Part shown: one piece after another, positions 56,414 through 64,000 of the stretch
How the letters are laid out: each line of letters opens with the position of its first letter
Numbering within the stretch: the stretch's first letter is position 1
Assembly: GCA_009783195.1 (NCBI GenBank)
Contig: WRHP01000001.1
Location: forward strand, 7,215-71,214
Origin: Syntrophorhabdaceae bacterium
Lineage (GTDB): Bacteria > Desulfobacterota > Deferrimicrobia > Deferrimicrobiales > Deferrimicrobiaceae
Direction of reading: 5' to 3'
DNA: 64,000 nt
The notes under the pieces: model-generated
What the model saw: the letters and a program-made list of their open reading frames with translations, nothing else
The model's database searches: none
Told to the model about the DNA's origin: nothing
Position numbers and translations under genes: made by a program

Positions 56414-57144
56414 GAGTTGCCGTTCTTTCCGATGTCCACGCCAACTGGGACGCGCTTTCCGCGGCGGCCAGTGAGATCAGCCGGCGTGGGGCCGACCGGA
56501 TCTTTCATCTGGGCGATCTGACAGGCTACGGAGCCGAGCCGGAAGCTTGTGTTTGCTGGGCGATGGAGTACACGGCGGGCGGGGTTTACGGTAACCACGA
56601 CGAAGTCGCGTGCGCGTTGGCTACGGGCGCAAACTTTCGGGAGGCGGCGCGGGAGGCGGCTCTCTGGTCGCGGGAGAATTTGTCGAAAGAGAGCATAGAG
56701 TATCTGGCGGGCTTGCCTTCAAGGCTTGAGATAGTTGGCGGCGCCATACTCGTTCACGGTTCACTGAAGGGTGCCGACCGGTACATAAATTCCATAGACC
56801 GGGCTTCGAAAGAGATCGCGTCGTCCTTATGCGAGGCTGGAGCGCCGGTCTTTTTCGGTCATACTCATGTTGCGGGCGGGTTCGTGAGCAGCGGGTACGG
56901 ACCCGTCGAGCATATTCCAGCCACGAAGTTTAGGATCGGGCGCATAGATCGCGCGCTTCTCAACCCCGGCAGCGTTGGGCAGCCAAGGGATCGCAACCCG
57001 GACGTCTCGTTTCTTGTGTACGACACGGATCTGCGTGAAGTTGAGTGGGTTAGGGTACGCTACGATGTCGAATCGGCCATGCGGAAAATCATTTCCGCGG
57101 GGCTGCCGGTTTCCTTTGCGGACAGGCTCCGGAACGGGACATGA
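56410..57144 (+). CDS. Metallophosphoesterase (calcineurin-like, YfcE/MJ0936-type)
   Basis: The metallophosphoesterase motifs are present (VLSDVHANWDAL; HLGDLTGYGAEP; GNHDE; GHTHV). Confidence 0.75.
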   Translation: MRVAVLSDVHANWDALSAAASEISRRGADRIFHLGDLTGYGAEPEACVCWAMEYTAGGVYGNHDEVACALATGANFREAAREAALWSRENLSKESIEYLAGLPSRLEIVGGAILVHGSLKGADRYINSIDRASKEIASSLCEAGAPVFFGHTHVAGGFVSSGYGPVEHIPATKFRIGRIDRALLNPGSVGQPRDRNPDVSFLVYDTDLREVEWVRVRYDVESAMRKIISAGLPVSFADRLRNGT

Positions 57145-57563
57145 TCCGGCCGGGCTACCGCCTGCTTTCCCATACGGCGGATCTGTTCGTGGAAACCATT
57201 GCAGGGAGTTTTCCTTCCCTTTGCGAGGTTTCCGTCGAGGCGCTTTTCTCTCTTTTGACTGACCGCAGAAAAGTCCGGCGTGTTCTGAAGAAGAATATAG
57301 AGTTTCCGGTTGTGTCTCCGGATGAGCTTCTCCTGTCGGTTCTGCGCGGGTCGCTTCTTCTTTTCTCCCTGGATCAGTTTCTTGTGCGTGACGCCGATGC
57401 CGCAATGAAGGACGACAGGATTGTCGTTGTTTTCGAAGGGGAGCCGATGGATGCCGCCCGGCATTCAATGAAACTGGAGATCAAGGCGGTTACGGCGCAT
57501 GCCCTGGCTGTCGAGTCCGGCCCATCGGGAGTGTTCAAGGCGCGGTTCGTAGTGGATGTATGA
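57141..57563 (+). CDS. Archease (RtcB activator/chaperone)
   Basis: 140 aa. The N-terminus (YRLLSHTADLFVE) and C-terminus (KAVTAHALAVESGPSGVFKARFVVDV) are typical archease signatures. It sits directly upstream of rtcB. Confidence 0.8.
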   Translation: MIRPGYRLLSHTADLFVETIAGSFPSLCEVSVEALFSLLTDRRKVRRVLKKNIEFPVVSPDELLLSVLRGSLLLFSLDQFLVRDADAAMKDDRIVVVFEGEPMDAARHSMKLEIKAVTAHALAVESGPSGVFKARFVVDV

Positions 57564-57713
57564 CAGCCGAAGCAAAGATTCCTTCGGACGCCGCGCCGGA
57601 GAAGTCGCGTTAAAGGCTGCTCATGTAGAGCAAAGTTGCATTACGCTTGATTATGACCTGGCATAAAAAACACTCCGTGATTCTAAAACAGGCGGTTTGG
57701 TGGTGAGGATTTC

Positions 57714-59162
57714 ATGAAATTTGAGGATATTTCCCTTACGAGGATTTCAGAGACGGCATGGGAAATTCCCCAATCGGGCGGGATGCGGGTGCTTGGCCTT
57801 GTGTTTGCCTCCCCGGAAATGATGGGAGATATAGTTCAGGATCAGTCGCTACGCCAGGTTATAAACGTGGCGCATCTGCCGGGTATTTTGCATCGCAGCA
57901 TAGCTATGCCGGACATCCATTGGGGATACGGGTTTCCCATCGGCGGCGTGGCGGCCATGGACGCGGACGAAGGAGTGGTTTCCCCAGGCGGTGTCGGGTA
58001 CGACATCAATTGCGGCGTCCGCCTGCTGCGGTCAAACCTCGAAGCTGCTTCCCTGCGACCTCGCCTGCCGGAGCTGGTTGCGGCGCTGCACCGGGAAATC
58101 CCTTCCGGAGTGGGGTCTCGTGGGTCCATAAAACTTGACGGTAAAGAGATGAACAAGGTGCTTTCCGAAGGAGGGCGGTGGGCGCTTTCTAAAGGATATG
58201 CTTCCGACGGCGATGTGGATTTTTCCGAGGGCGGCGGCAGGCTGCCTGGCGCCGATCCGGAAGCGGTTTCGGATTTCGCGAAACGGCGGGGCTTTGATCA
58301 GTTGGGGACGCTTGGGGCGGGAAACCATTTTCTGGAGATAGATGAGGTGGACGAGATCTACTTCCCGGAGGCAGCGGCGGCTTTTGGCCTGTTCCAGGGA
58401 CAGGCTGTATTCTTCATCCATTCCGGCTCCAGAGGGTTGGGATACCAGGTGTGCGACGACTATCTCGATGTGATGGCCGCATATATAAGGAAGGAGCGGC
58501 TGTCTCTTCCAGATCGCCAGCTTGCGTGCGCTCCCATCAACTCCGATGAAGGGCGGCAATATCTTTCCGCGTTGGCGGCGGCGGCAAACTTTGCTTTTGC
58601 GAACCGGCAACTGCTGGCGCACCAGACTCGCGAGACTATCCAACGTTTTCTTTCGATGGGACCAAGAGATGCCGGTATCCGGACTGTTTATGATGTGGGG
58701 CACAACAACGCCAAGTTTGAGACGCACGAAGTGGAGGGCAAACCGCGGAACGTTCTGGTACATCGTAAAGGGGCGACGTGCGCTCTTGCGCCGGGCAGCC
58801 GTGAGCTTCCGCTGGATTACAGGAAAGTCGGCCAGCCGGTTTTCATTCCGGGCGATATGGGGAGATGCTCTTTTGTCTTGTCTGGCGCGCAGGGCGCCGC
58901 AAAGCTGTCGTTTGGCTCGACGTGCCACGGCGCCGGACGGCGTCTCGGCCGAACCGCCGCCAGGCGGAGTCTGCGGGGAAAGTCTGTCTTCGACGAAATA
59001 GCGAAGTGGGGGGTGCTTGTGGCTTGTGCCTCCCGCAAAATGCTCGCCGAGGAAATCCCGGAGGCCTACAAAGATGTCACCGCTGTGGTGGATGTTGTCG
59101 AGCGCGCCGGGATTGCCAGGAAGGTGGCGCGGCTTCGCCCCGTAGCTGTTATAAAAGGTTAA
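57714..59162 (+). CDS. rtcB: RNA-splicing ligase RtcB (3'-phosphate/5'-OH RNA ligase)
   Basis: 482 aa with metal- and GTP-binding residues (MPDIHWGYGFPIGGV; GYDINCGV; GAGNHF; GTCHGAGR). Confidence 0.9.
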   Translation: MKFEDISLTRISETAWEIPQSGGMRVLGLVFASPEMMGDIVQDQSLRQVINVAHLPGILHRSIAMPDIHWGYGFPIGGVAAMDADEGVVSPGGVGYDINCGVRLLRSNLEAASLRPRLPELVAALHREIPSGVGSRGSIKLDGKEMNKVLSEGGRWALSKGYASDGDVDFSEGGGRLPGADPEAVSDFAKRRGFDQLGTLGAGNHFLEIDEVDEIYFPEAAAAFGLFQGQAVFFIHSGSRGLGYQVCDDYLDVMAAYIRKERLSLPDRQLACAPINSDEGRQYLSALAAAANFAFANRQLLAHQTRETIQRFLSMGPRDAGIRTVYDVGHNNAKFETHEVEGKPRNVLVHRKGATCALAPGSRELPLDYRKVGQPVFIPGDMGRCSFVLSGAQGAAKLSFGSTCHGAGRRLGRTAARRSLRGKSVFDEIAKWGVLVACASRKMLAEEIPEAYKDVTAVVDVVERAGIARKVARLRPVAVIKG

Positions 59163-59184
59163 GAATCCAACGAAAGCGGCCGGG

Positions 59185-61206
59185 TTACAGCAGTTCGTCT
59201 CCCACGGTTTTTTTCAGCGATGGCGGCGCCGTCTGGTTTGCGCGTTCCGGGATTGTTCCCAGCTTGAATGGTAGAATCACCCCGCTTGGGCTGTCCGGCA
59301 GCAGCGTTTTTCCCGTGGCGGGATCTATCTTGGCGAACGCGATGCCGGCGGGGACCGGGAAACTCCGGTCCGGGACAAAGGTCAGCACGCTTTGCATGAA
59401 GCTTCCCCACACAGGCAGCGCGACCAGGGCGGCCGACTGTCTGCCGCCCAGCGACTTTGGCGTGTCGAACCCTATCCAGACCGCCGTCATCATGTCCGGC
59501 GAGCCGCCGACGAACCACGCGTCGGTGTTCTCGTTGGTGGTTCCGGTTTTGCCCGCAAGGTTTGGGGAAAGCTTTCTGTAGGCGGCTCCGGTTCCGCTGC
59601 GCAGAACTTCCTGCATCAGCCGGACTGTCAGGTAGGCGGTCTCAGGCGATATCGCCGGGACGGTCTGCGGTTTGGCCTGCTCCAGGATATTGCCGGTTGC
59701 GTCTTGCACCTTCCAGATGAAAAACGGCGTGGGCCGCTGTCCGCTGTTGGCGATGGTTGAATATGCTGTTACAAGTTCGAGCGGCGTGACACCGAGCGAC
59801 CCGAGCGCGATTGAGAGGTTCCGCTCGATAGGGGATGTAATGCCGAGGTTTTGCGCCATCCGTATGGCCGAGTCCACGCCTATTTCGCTCAGCAGGCGCA
59901 CCGTGGCGATGTTGCGGGATTTTGCCATTGCCTCAAGCAAGGTTATGGGGCCCAAAAACGTGCCGTCGTAGTTCTTCGGCTTCCACAGTATGGTGTTTGA
60001 TCTTTCAAGCTCGATCGGGGAATCATAGACAGTGGAAATTACGGTTTTCCCTTTATCAAGCGCCGCTCCGTAGATGATAGGTTTGAAGGCCGAGCCGGGT
60101 TGCCGCCGCGCCTGCAGCGCCCGGTTGAATTGCGACGCGGCGAAGTCCACTCCGCCGACCATCGCAAGCACCCCTCCAGTGTGCGGATCAAGGCACAACA
60201 GCGCTCCCTGCAGTCCTTCGTAATTATTTCGCTCCTCGATCTGCCGCACTCCTTCCCTCAAAGTGTCGGTGGCGATCGTCTGAATCTGTTTGTCGATGGT
60301 CGTGTAGATCCTCAATTCGGTCCGGTTGACCGTTTCCATGCCGTATCTGTCCTGAAGGTACAGGCGGATGTATTCGAGGAAATAGTCAGCCTTTGATTTG
60401 AAGCTGGGTGGAGGCGCTATAACTATAGGGGCGTTGTAAGCTTTTTCCGCTTCATCCGCGGTAATGATTTTTTCTTCGGTCATTCGGCGCAGCACATATC
60501 GCTGCCGTGCCTTTGCCTTGTCGAAATAGTTTCGCGGCGAGTATCGGGAAGGAGCCTGCGTGATTCCCGCCAGCAGGGCGCTCTCCGCCAGGTTAAGAGA
60601 GGCCACGCTCTTGCCGAAATAGGTCTGCGACGCCGCTTCGACGCCGTAGGCACCGTCTCCAAGGTAAATCTGGTTCAGGTACAGGTACAGGATGTCTTCT
60701 TTTGACATCTTTTTCTCGATACGGTAGGCGAGGATGACTTCTTTTACCTTTCGCTTGATTTTTTTCTCTGGCGTGAGAAAGAGGGATTTGATCATCTGCT
60801 GAGTGATCGTGCTTCCGCCTTGCGCGAATTCTCCCGAGAACACGTCCTTTACCAGCGCGCGGGTGATTGCTATGAGGTCCACCCCTTTATGTTTGAAGAA
60901 GTGCGCGTCTTCGGCCGCCACGAAAGCTTTTATTACATAGGGGGAGATGGTTTTATAGGGAACAAGCGTTCGTCTTTCGATGAAGATTTCGCCGATGACC
61001 TGATTATTACGGTCGAAAATCTTGGAAGTGACGCTTGGCCGGTACGCCGAGGGTGATTCAAGAGAAGGAAAATCTCCGAAAATGATCAGTATCGCCAACC
61101 CGGATACGGCTCCCAGCATGAAAAAGAACGCGGAAGTGAAAAACATAAGGATCAGTTTTTTCCATGGGAACCTGTCAGATTTTTCATCGATCAGCGGATT
61201 GCTCAA
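59185..61206 (-). CDS. Bifunctional class A penicillin-binding protein (PBP1A-type glycosyltransferase + transpeptidase)
   Basis: 673 aa. It has an N-terminal TM helix, GT51 motifs (AAEDAHFFKHKGVD; ITQQ...), and transpeptidase motifs (SAFKP; SRN; KTGTT). Confidence 0.85.
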   Translation of the reverse strand: MSNPLIDEKSDRFPWKKLILMFFTSAFFFMLGAVSGLAILIIFGDFPSLESPSAYRPSVTSKIFDRNNQVIGEIFIERRTLVPYKTISPYVIKAFVAAEDAHFFKHKGVDLIAITRALVKDVFSGEFAQGGSTITQQMIKSLFLTPEKKIKRKVKEVILAYRIEKKMSKEDILYLYLNQIYLGDGAYGVEAASQTYFGKSVASLNLAESALLAGITQAPSRYSPRNYFDKAKARQRYVLRRMTEEKIITADEAEKAYNAPIVIAPPPSFKSKADYFLEYIRLYLQDRYGMETVNRTELRIYTTIDKQIQTIATDTLREGVRQIEERNNYEGLQGALLCLDPHTGGVLAMVGGVDFAASQFNRALQARRQPGSAFKPIIYGAALDKGKTVISTVYDSPIELERSNTILWKPKNYDGTFLGPITLLEAMAKSRNIATVRLLSEIGVDSAIRMAQNLGITSPIERNLSIALGSLGVTPLELVTAYSTIANSGQRPTPFFIWKVQDATGNILEQAKPQTVPAISPETAYLTVRLMQEVLRSGTGAAYRKLSPNLAGKTGTTNENTDAWFVGGSPDMMTAVWIGFDTPKSLGGRQSAALVALPVWGSFMQSVLTFVPDRSFPVPAGIAFAKIDPATGKTLLPDSPSGVILPFKLGTIPERANQTAPPSLKKTVGDELL

Positions 61207-61242
61207 CTCATTGCCTCGTTGTCTGAGTTAAAAGAAATAATC

Positions 61243-61251
61243 ATTATACCA
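61243..61251 (-). promoter_or_regulatory. Extended -10 element (TGGTATAAT on the minus strand) ~37 bp upstream of the PBP1A start
   Basis: Read directly. The minus-strand sequence is ...cacttcgcgcaaccTTGGTATAATgattatttc..., with CGAGG 6 nt before the ATG. Confidence 0.3.
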
Positions 61252-61714
61252 AGGTTGCGCGAAGTGATATGGGTTCCGGTTATCGTGGGCGGTTTCTTTT
61301 CGCTCAATCGAAGCCGACTGGATATTAAGCGCAATGTTTTCGACAAGAGCGCAGCCTTTGCTTTGCCTCTTTGGATTGCCTGGCATTTCACGCGGCATCC
61401 ATACGATAGTCTGCTGCAAGTAAGACAGTTTTGTGCGGAAATGTCCGACGTAATAGGCTTAATTACAGGCATTGGAGGCATTGAGCGAGCCGCCAATGCT
61501 AACTGGAGTTGAACCCGCCAAGCCGGATACTATCCGCTGTGTTGTTGTTTTAGTGTGCGTGTCTTTGCCGCGTTCTTCCTTACTCACGTATTACAATTAC
61601 AATATAAAGAACCGGTAACATAAGGGTGTTCGGGCGGTCTTGATGGCCCCCAAACAGGTGCTTTGATTGAGTAACATGCCGCTGGAAGCAGGCCGGCCGC
61701 CTCGCGGAGATGAC

Positions 61715-62371
61715 ATGAAACGAATTTGTCGCAATTTGTTGATGTCGGCGCTTTTTTTGGCCTTTTTGCGGATATTTGCGGGATGCTCCGGCGGCGATTG
61801 GCATTTTGTTTTCACCGCCGAGATCATGAGCGATCAACTCTCGGACGGGCACATCAGGTTTACCGAAGGGCCTCCCGATATTTATGACGTTACCCAGGGG
61901 CCTTCCACCCTGTTTTTTGGGTTTGATGCCGACGGCAGGGAATACCGGGCTTTTCTCGATTTTCCTCTTGATGGTTCCAGCGGACAGGATGTTATTCCAA
62001 GAGACGCCAAGATCGAATCGGCGACTCTGACCGCGCGTATCGTGAGTATGAATTACGCGTCGACGGTTCAGACTCTTCTGGATCTTGTTTCGTATACCCC
62101 CAGGGGGCTTATATCAAGTGACTATGATGCGCTTCTTCTCACTTCAAGCGGTTCCTACGCTTATCGCGCGTTCGATCTTTTCTCAAGCGATGTCGGGCGT
62201 TATGTGAAGATAGATGTTACGTCGCTGATGCGCGAGGCTCAGGCGTTGGGGCTTTCGGAATTCCAGGCGCGCTTTTGTCTGGATTTCATTCCGGGCGCCG
62301 ACGGGTTTGTGGGCATAGACGACTCGGTGGCGTTTACCGCTCCTCTTTTGATCGTCCGCTATTATTTCTGA
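61715..62371 (+). CDS. Hypothetical lipoprotein
   Basis: It has a signal peptide with a lipobox (MKRICRNLLMSALFLAFLRIFAGCSGG) and no recognisable domain. The start was trimmed from the track ORF. Confidence 0.45.
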   Translation: MKRICRNLLMSALFLAFLRIFAGCSGGDWHFVFTAEIMSDQLSDGHIRFTEGPPDIYDVTQGPSTLFFGFDADGREYRAFLDFPLDGSSGQDVIPRDAKIESATLTARIVSMNYASTVQTLLDLVSYTPRGLISSDYDALLLTSSGSYAYRAFDLFSSDVGRYVKIDVTSLMREAQALGLSEFQARFCLDFIPGADGFVGIDDSVAFTAPLLIVRYYF

Positions 62372-62401
62372 CGGCGCTGGTTTCCGTTGTAAAATTTTTT
62401 T

Positions 62402-63226
62402 GTGTCTGCCAACAGAAACCGCAAAAAGATATCCGAGCTGGACGCGATGGCGGCGGGGCTTGCGCACGAGATCCGCAACCCGCTGAACTCCCTTTTCATC
62501 AACAGCCAGTTGATCGAAGAGATGATAGCGGAGCTTCCGGACGAAATAACCCCTCAGAAGGAAGAGCTGCTTTCCCTCGCCCTGGCAAATATGAATGTGA
62601 CCAGGCGGTTGAACGAGACTCTTTCGGGGTTTTTGCGGTTTGCCCGCCCGTCGGCCATGGAACTTGACCAGGTGGAGCTGAACCGTGTCGTTGCGGAGAC
62701 TCTGAACTTTCTCGATGTCGATTTGGCGCGCCGGGGGATTGTTCCCGTAGTCCGGTATCATCCGTCCGGGCTTCCGCTTTTGGCGGACGAAAAGCAGCTT
62801 AAACAGGCGCTTCTGAACCTTCTCCTTAACGCCGAGGAGGCGTTAGACAAGGAAGATAAGCTGATTCGCGTTACTACCGGCGTGCGGCGCGGGCGTCCCT
62901 ATGTTCGGATTCAGGATAACGGACGCGGGATTCCAGCCTGTGAGCGTCGCCATATCTTCCAGATTTTCTTCACTACCAGACGGGGGGGGAGCGGACTTGG
63001 GCTTCCCATCGTCCGCCGGATCGTCCGGCAGCACGGCGGCTCCGTCTCTGTTCGAAGCAAGGAAGGGATAGGCACAACGGTTACGGTTACGCTTCCGTTC
63101 GAGTCGCAGTTTCGCGCCATGTTTCCGGGGCGGCAGCGGCTTGCGCTTCCGGCGGGGACGCCGGGGCCGGGGCGGGAAGCGACCGCCGAAGAGCAAAGCG
63201 CCGGGACGCAAGAGGAGGCCAAATGA
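62402..63226 (+). CDS. Cytoplasmic sensor histidine kinase (HisKA + HATPase_c, no TM)
   Basis: It has the H-box ([12 protein letters not shown]), the N-box (LLLNAEEA), and G1/G2 (IQDNGRGI; [10 protein letters not shown]). Confidence 0.8.
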   Translation: MSANRNRKKISELDAMAAGLAHEIRNPLNSLFINSQLIEEMIAELPDEITPQKEELLSLALANMNVTRRLNETLSGFLRFARPSAMELDQVELNRVVAETLNFLDVDLARRGIVPVVRYHPSGLPLLADEKQLKQALLNLLLNAEEALDKEDKLIRVTTGVRRGRPYVRIQDNGRGIPACERRHIFQIFFTTRRGGSGLGLPIVRRIVRQHGGSVSVRSKEGIGTTVTVTLPFESQFRAMFPGRQRLALPAGTPGPGREATAEEQSAGTQEEAK

Positions 63227-64000
63227 GCGATATGGGGCGGGTTTTTGTCTTCGACGACGATGCCGACAGCCTGCAAAGCGTTGTCACCGCGCTGCGCCGC
63301 GACGGGTTCGAAGTTGTTCCTTTCGCCGACCCCAAAGCCGGCCTTGACCGCCTTGCCGAAGGAAACGTGGACGTGATCGTCACGGACTTGAGGATGCCCG
63401 GTTTTACCGGGATGGATGTTTTGCGGCATGCCGCGCGGCTGAATCCTGATGTGCCCGTGGTGATTCTTACCGCCTACGGTACGGTCGATGGCGCGGTGGA
63501 TGCCGTGCGCTCCGGAGCGTCCGATTTTCTTATGAAGCCGGTGGAGATACCACGGTTGCGCGCGGCGGTATTCAAGGCGCTCAAAGAGCGCGGGATGCGG
63601 CGCGAGATCGGGCGATTGCGGGAGGAGGCGGGGCGTACCGCGGGCGTGGAGGGGATCATCAGCGCTTCCCGCGCCATGGAGGATGTGCTGCGCAAGATCC
63701 GCCTGGTCGCTCCCACGCGCATGAATGTGCTCATTACCGGCGAGAGCGGAACGGGAAAGGAACTGGTTGCCCGCGCGATCCATCACTTAAGCCCTCGCGT
63801 TGGGCAGCCGTTTTTGCCGCTAAACTGCGCCGCTATCCCGGAGACGCTTCTTGAATCCGAACTGTTCGGGTATGAGAAGGGGGCTTTCACCGGCGCGACA
63901 ACCGCCCGGCCCGGAAAACTGGAAAGCGCAAAAGGCGGCACGCTTTTTCTGGACGAGGTGGGGGATGTTTCGCTTTTGATCCAGTCAAAGCTTTTGCGCG
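63223..64000 (+). CDS. Sigma-54-dependent response regulator (NtrC family), N-terminal ~259 aa; continues beyond the window
   Basis: Manual translation gives [36 protein letters not shown]...[11 protein letters not shown] (a REC domain), then a sigma-54 AAA+ domain ([19 protein letters not shown]; [15 protein letters not shown]). Its start overlaps the kinase stop as ATGA. It is absent from the track because it has no stop in the window. Confidence 0.85.
   Translation, partial: MSDMGRVFVFDDDADSLQSVVTALRRDGFEVVPFADPKAGLDRLAEGNVDVIVTDLRMPGFTGMDVLRHAARLNPDVPVVILTAYGTVDGAVDAVRSGASDFLMKPVEIPRLRAAVFKALKERGMRREIGRLREEAGRTAGVEGIISASRAMEDVLRKIRLVAPTRMNVLITGESGTGKELVARAIHHLSPRVGQPFLPLNCAAIPETLLESELFGYEKGAFTGATTARPGKLESAKGGTLFLDEVGDVSLLIQSKLLR

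Noticed and set aside
1-64000. Search for tRNA/rRNA/tmRNA, CRISPR arrays, IS elements, integrases
   Set aside because: No T-psi-C-like GGTTCGAATCC-type motifs or cloverleaf candidates were seen. There are no short regularly spaced direct repeats. No transposase- or integrase-like ORFs are present. The only mobile-element-like signals are TA modules and a partial gene duplication.

Overview
This 64 kb window is high-GC bacterial chromosome, with gene content suggesting a deltaproteobacterium-like (Desulfobacterota/Myxococcota-type) organism. It is densely coding: about 60 CDSs, no rRNA or tRNA, no CRISPR, and no transposase or integrase.

The core content is a housekeeping backbone:
- RNA turnover and division: rnj, ftsK, lolA, rimO, dksA-like.
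- Cell wall: ruvX-mltG and a PBP1A-type gene.
- Recombination and tRNA charging: a pgpA-cinA-thpR-recA-pilT-recX-alaS block.
- Transport and metabolism: a LivKHMGF-type ABC transporter, pepA, hisG, the archaeal-type shikimate entry pair (ADH synthase / DHQ synthase II), hpt, and tatA plus tatBC.
- RNA repair: archease-rtcB.
- Regulation: a histidine kinase with a sigma-54 response regulator.

The left 14 kb reads like an accessory patch. A MoxR-DUF58-TgpA transglutaminase operon, comM and a CsgG-family lipoprotein sit with a ~940-aa autotransporter carrying internal YGG repeats. They are bracketed by two toxin-antitoxin pairs (hicAB, higBA-like) and a lower-GC orphan lipoprotein.

Observations most worth a second look:
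1. A degenerate duplicate of the moxR promoter and first ~55 codons lies on the far side of the autotransporter gene, so the autotransporter sits between two copies of the moxR 5' end.
2. A bona fide pilT is embedded between recA and recX in an otherwise canonical recA-recX-alaS operon, with comM and cinA elsewhere in the window.
3. A second PilT-type ATPase carries an N-terminal tandem MshEN (c-di-GMP-binding) motif.
4. An HD-GYP phosphodiesterase and the adjacent HEAT-repeat/acidic protein share a ~110-aa N-terminal domain (YPPxHP motif), with a third HEAT protein next door.
5. Two paralogous zinc-ribbon / TM / DUF3426-like proteins occur. One is ~1000 aa with about eleven ~150-bp acidic tandem repeats and sits inside the tat locus.
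6. A double-ASKHA activase / HGD-D-like fusion with a partner gene sits immediately upstream of a metallophosphoesterase-archease-rtcB cluster.

All calls rest on reading the translated ORFs and the DNA by eye. No database search was possible.
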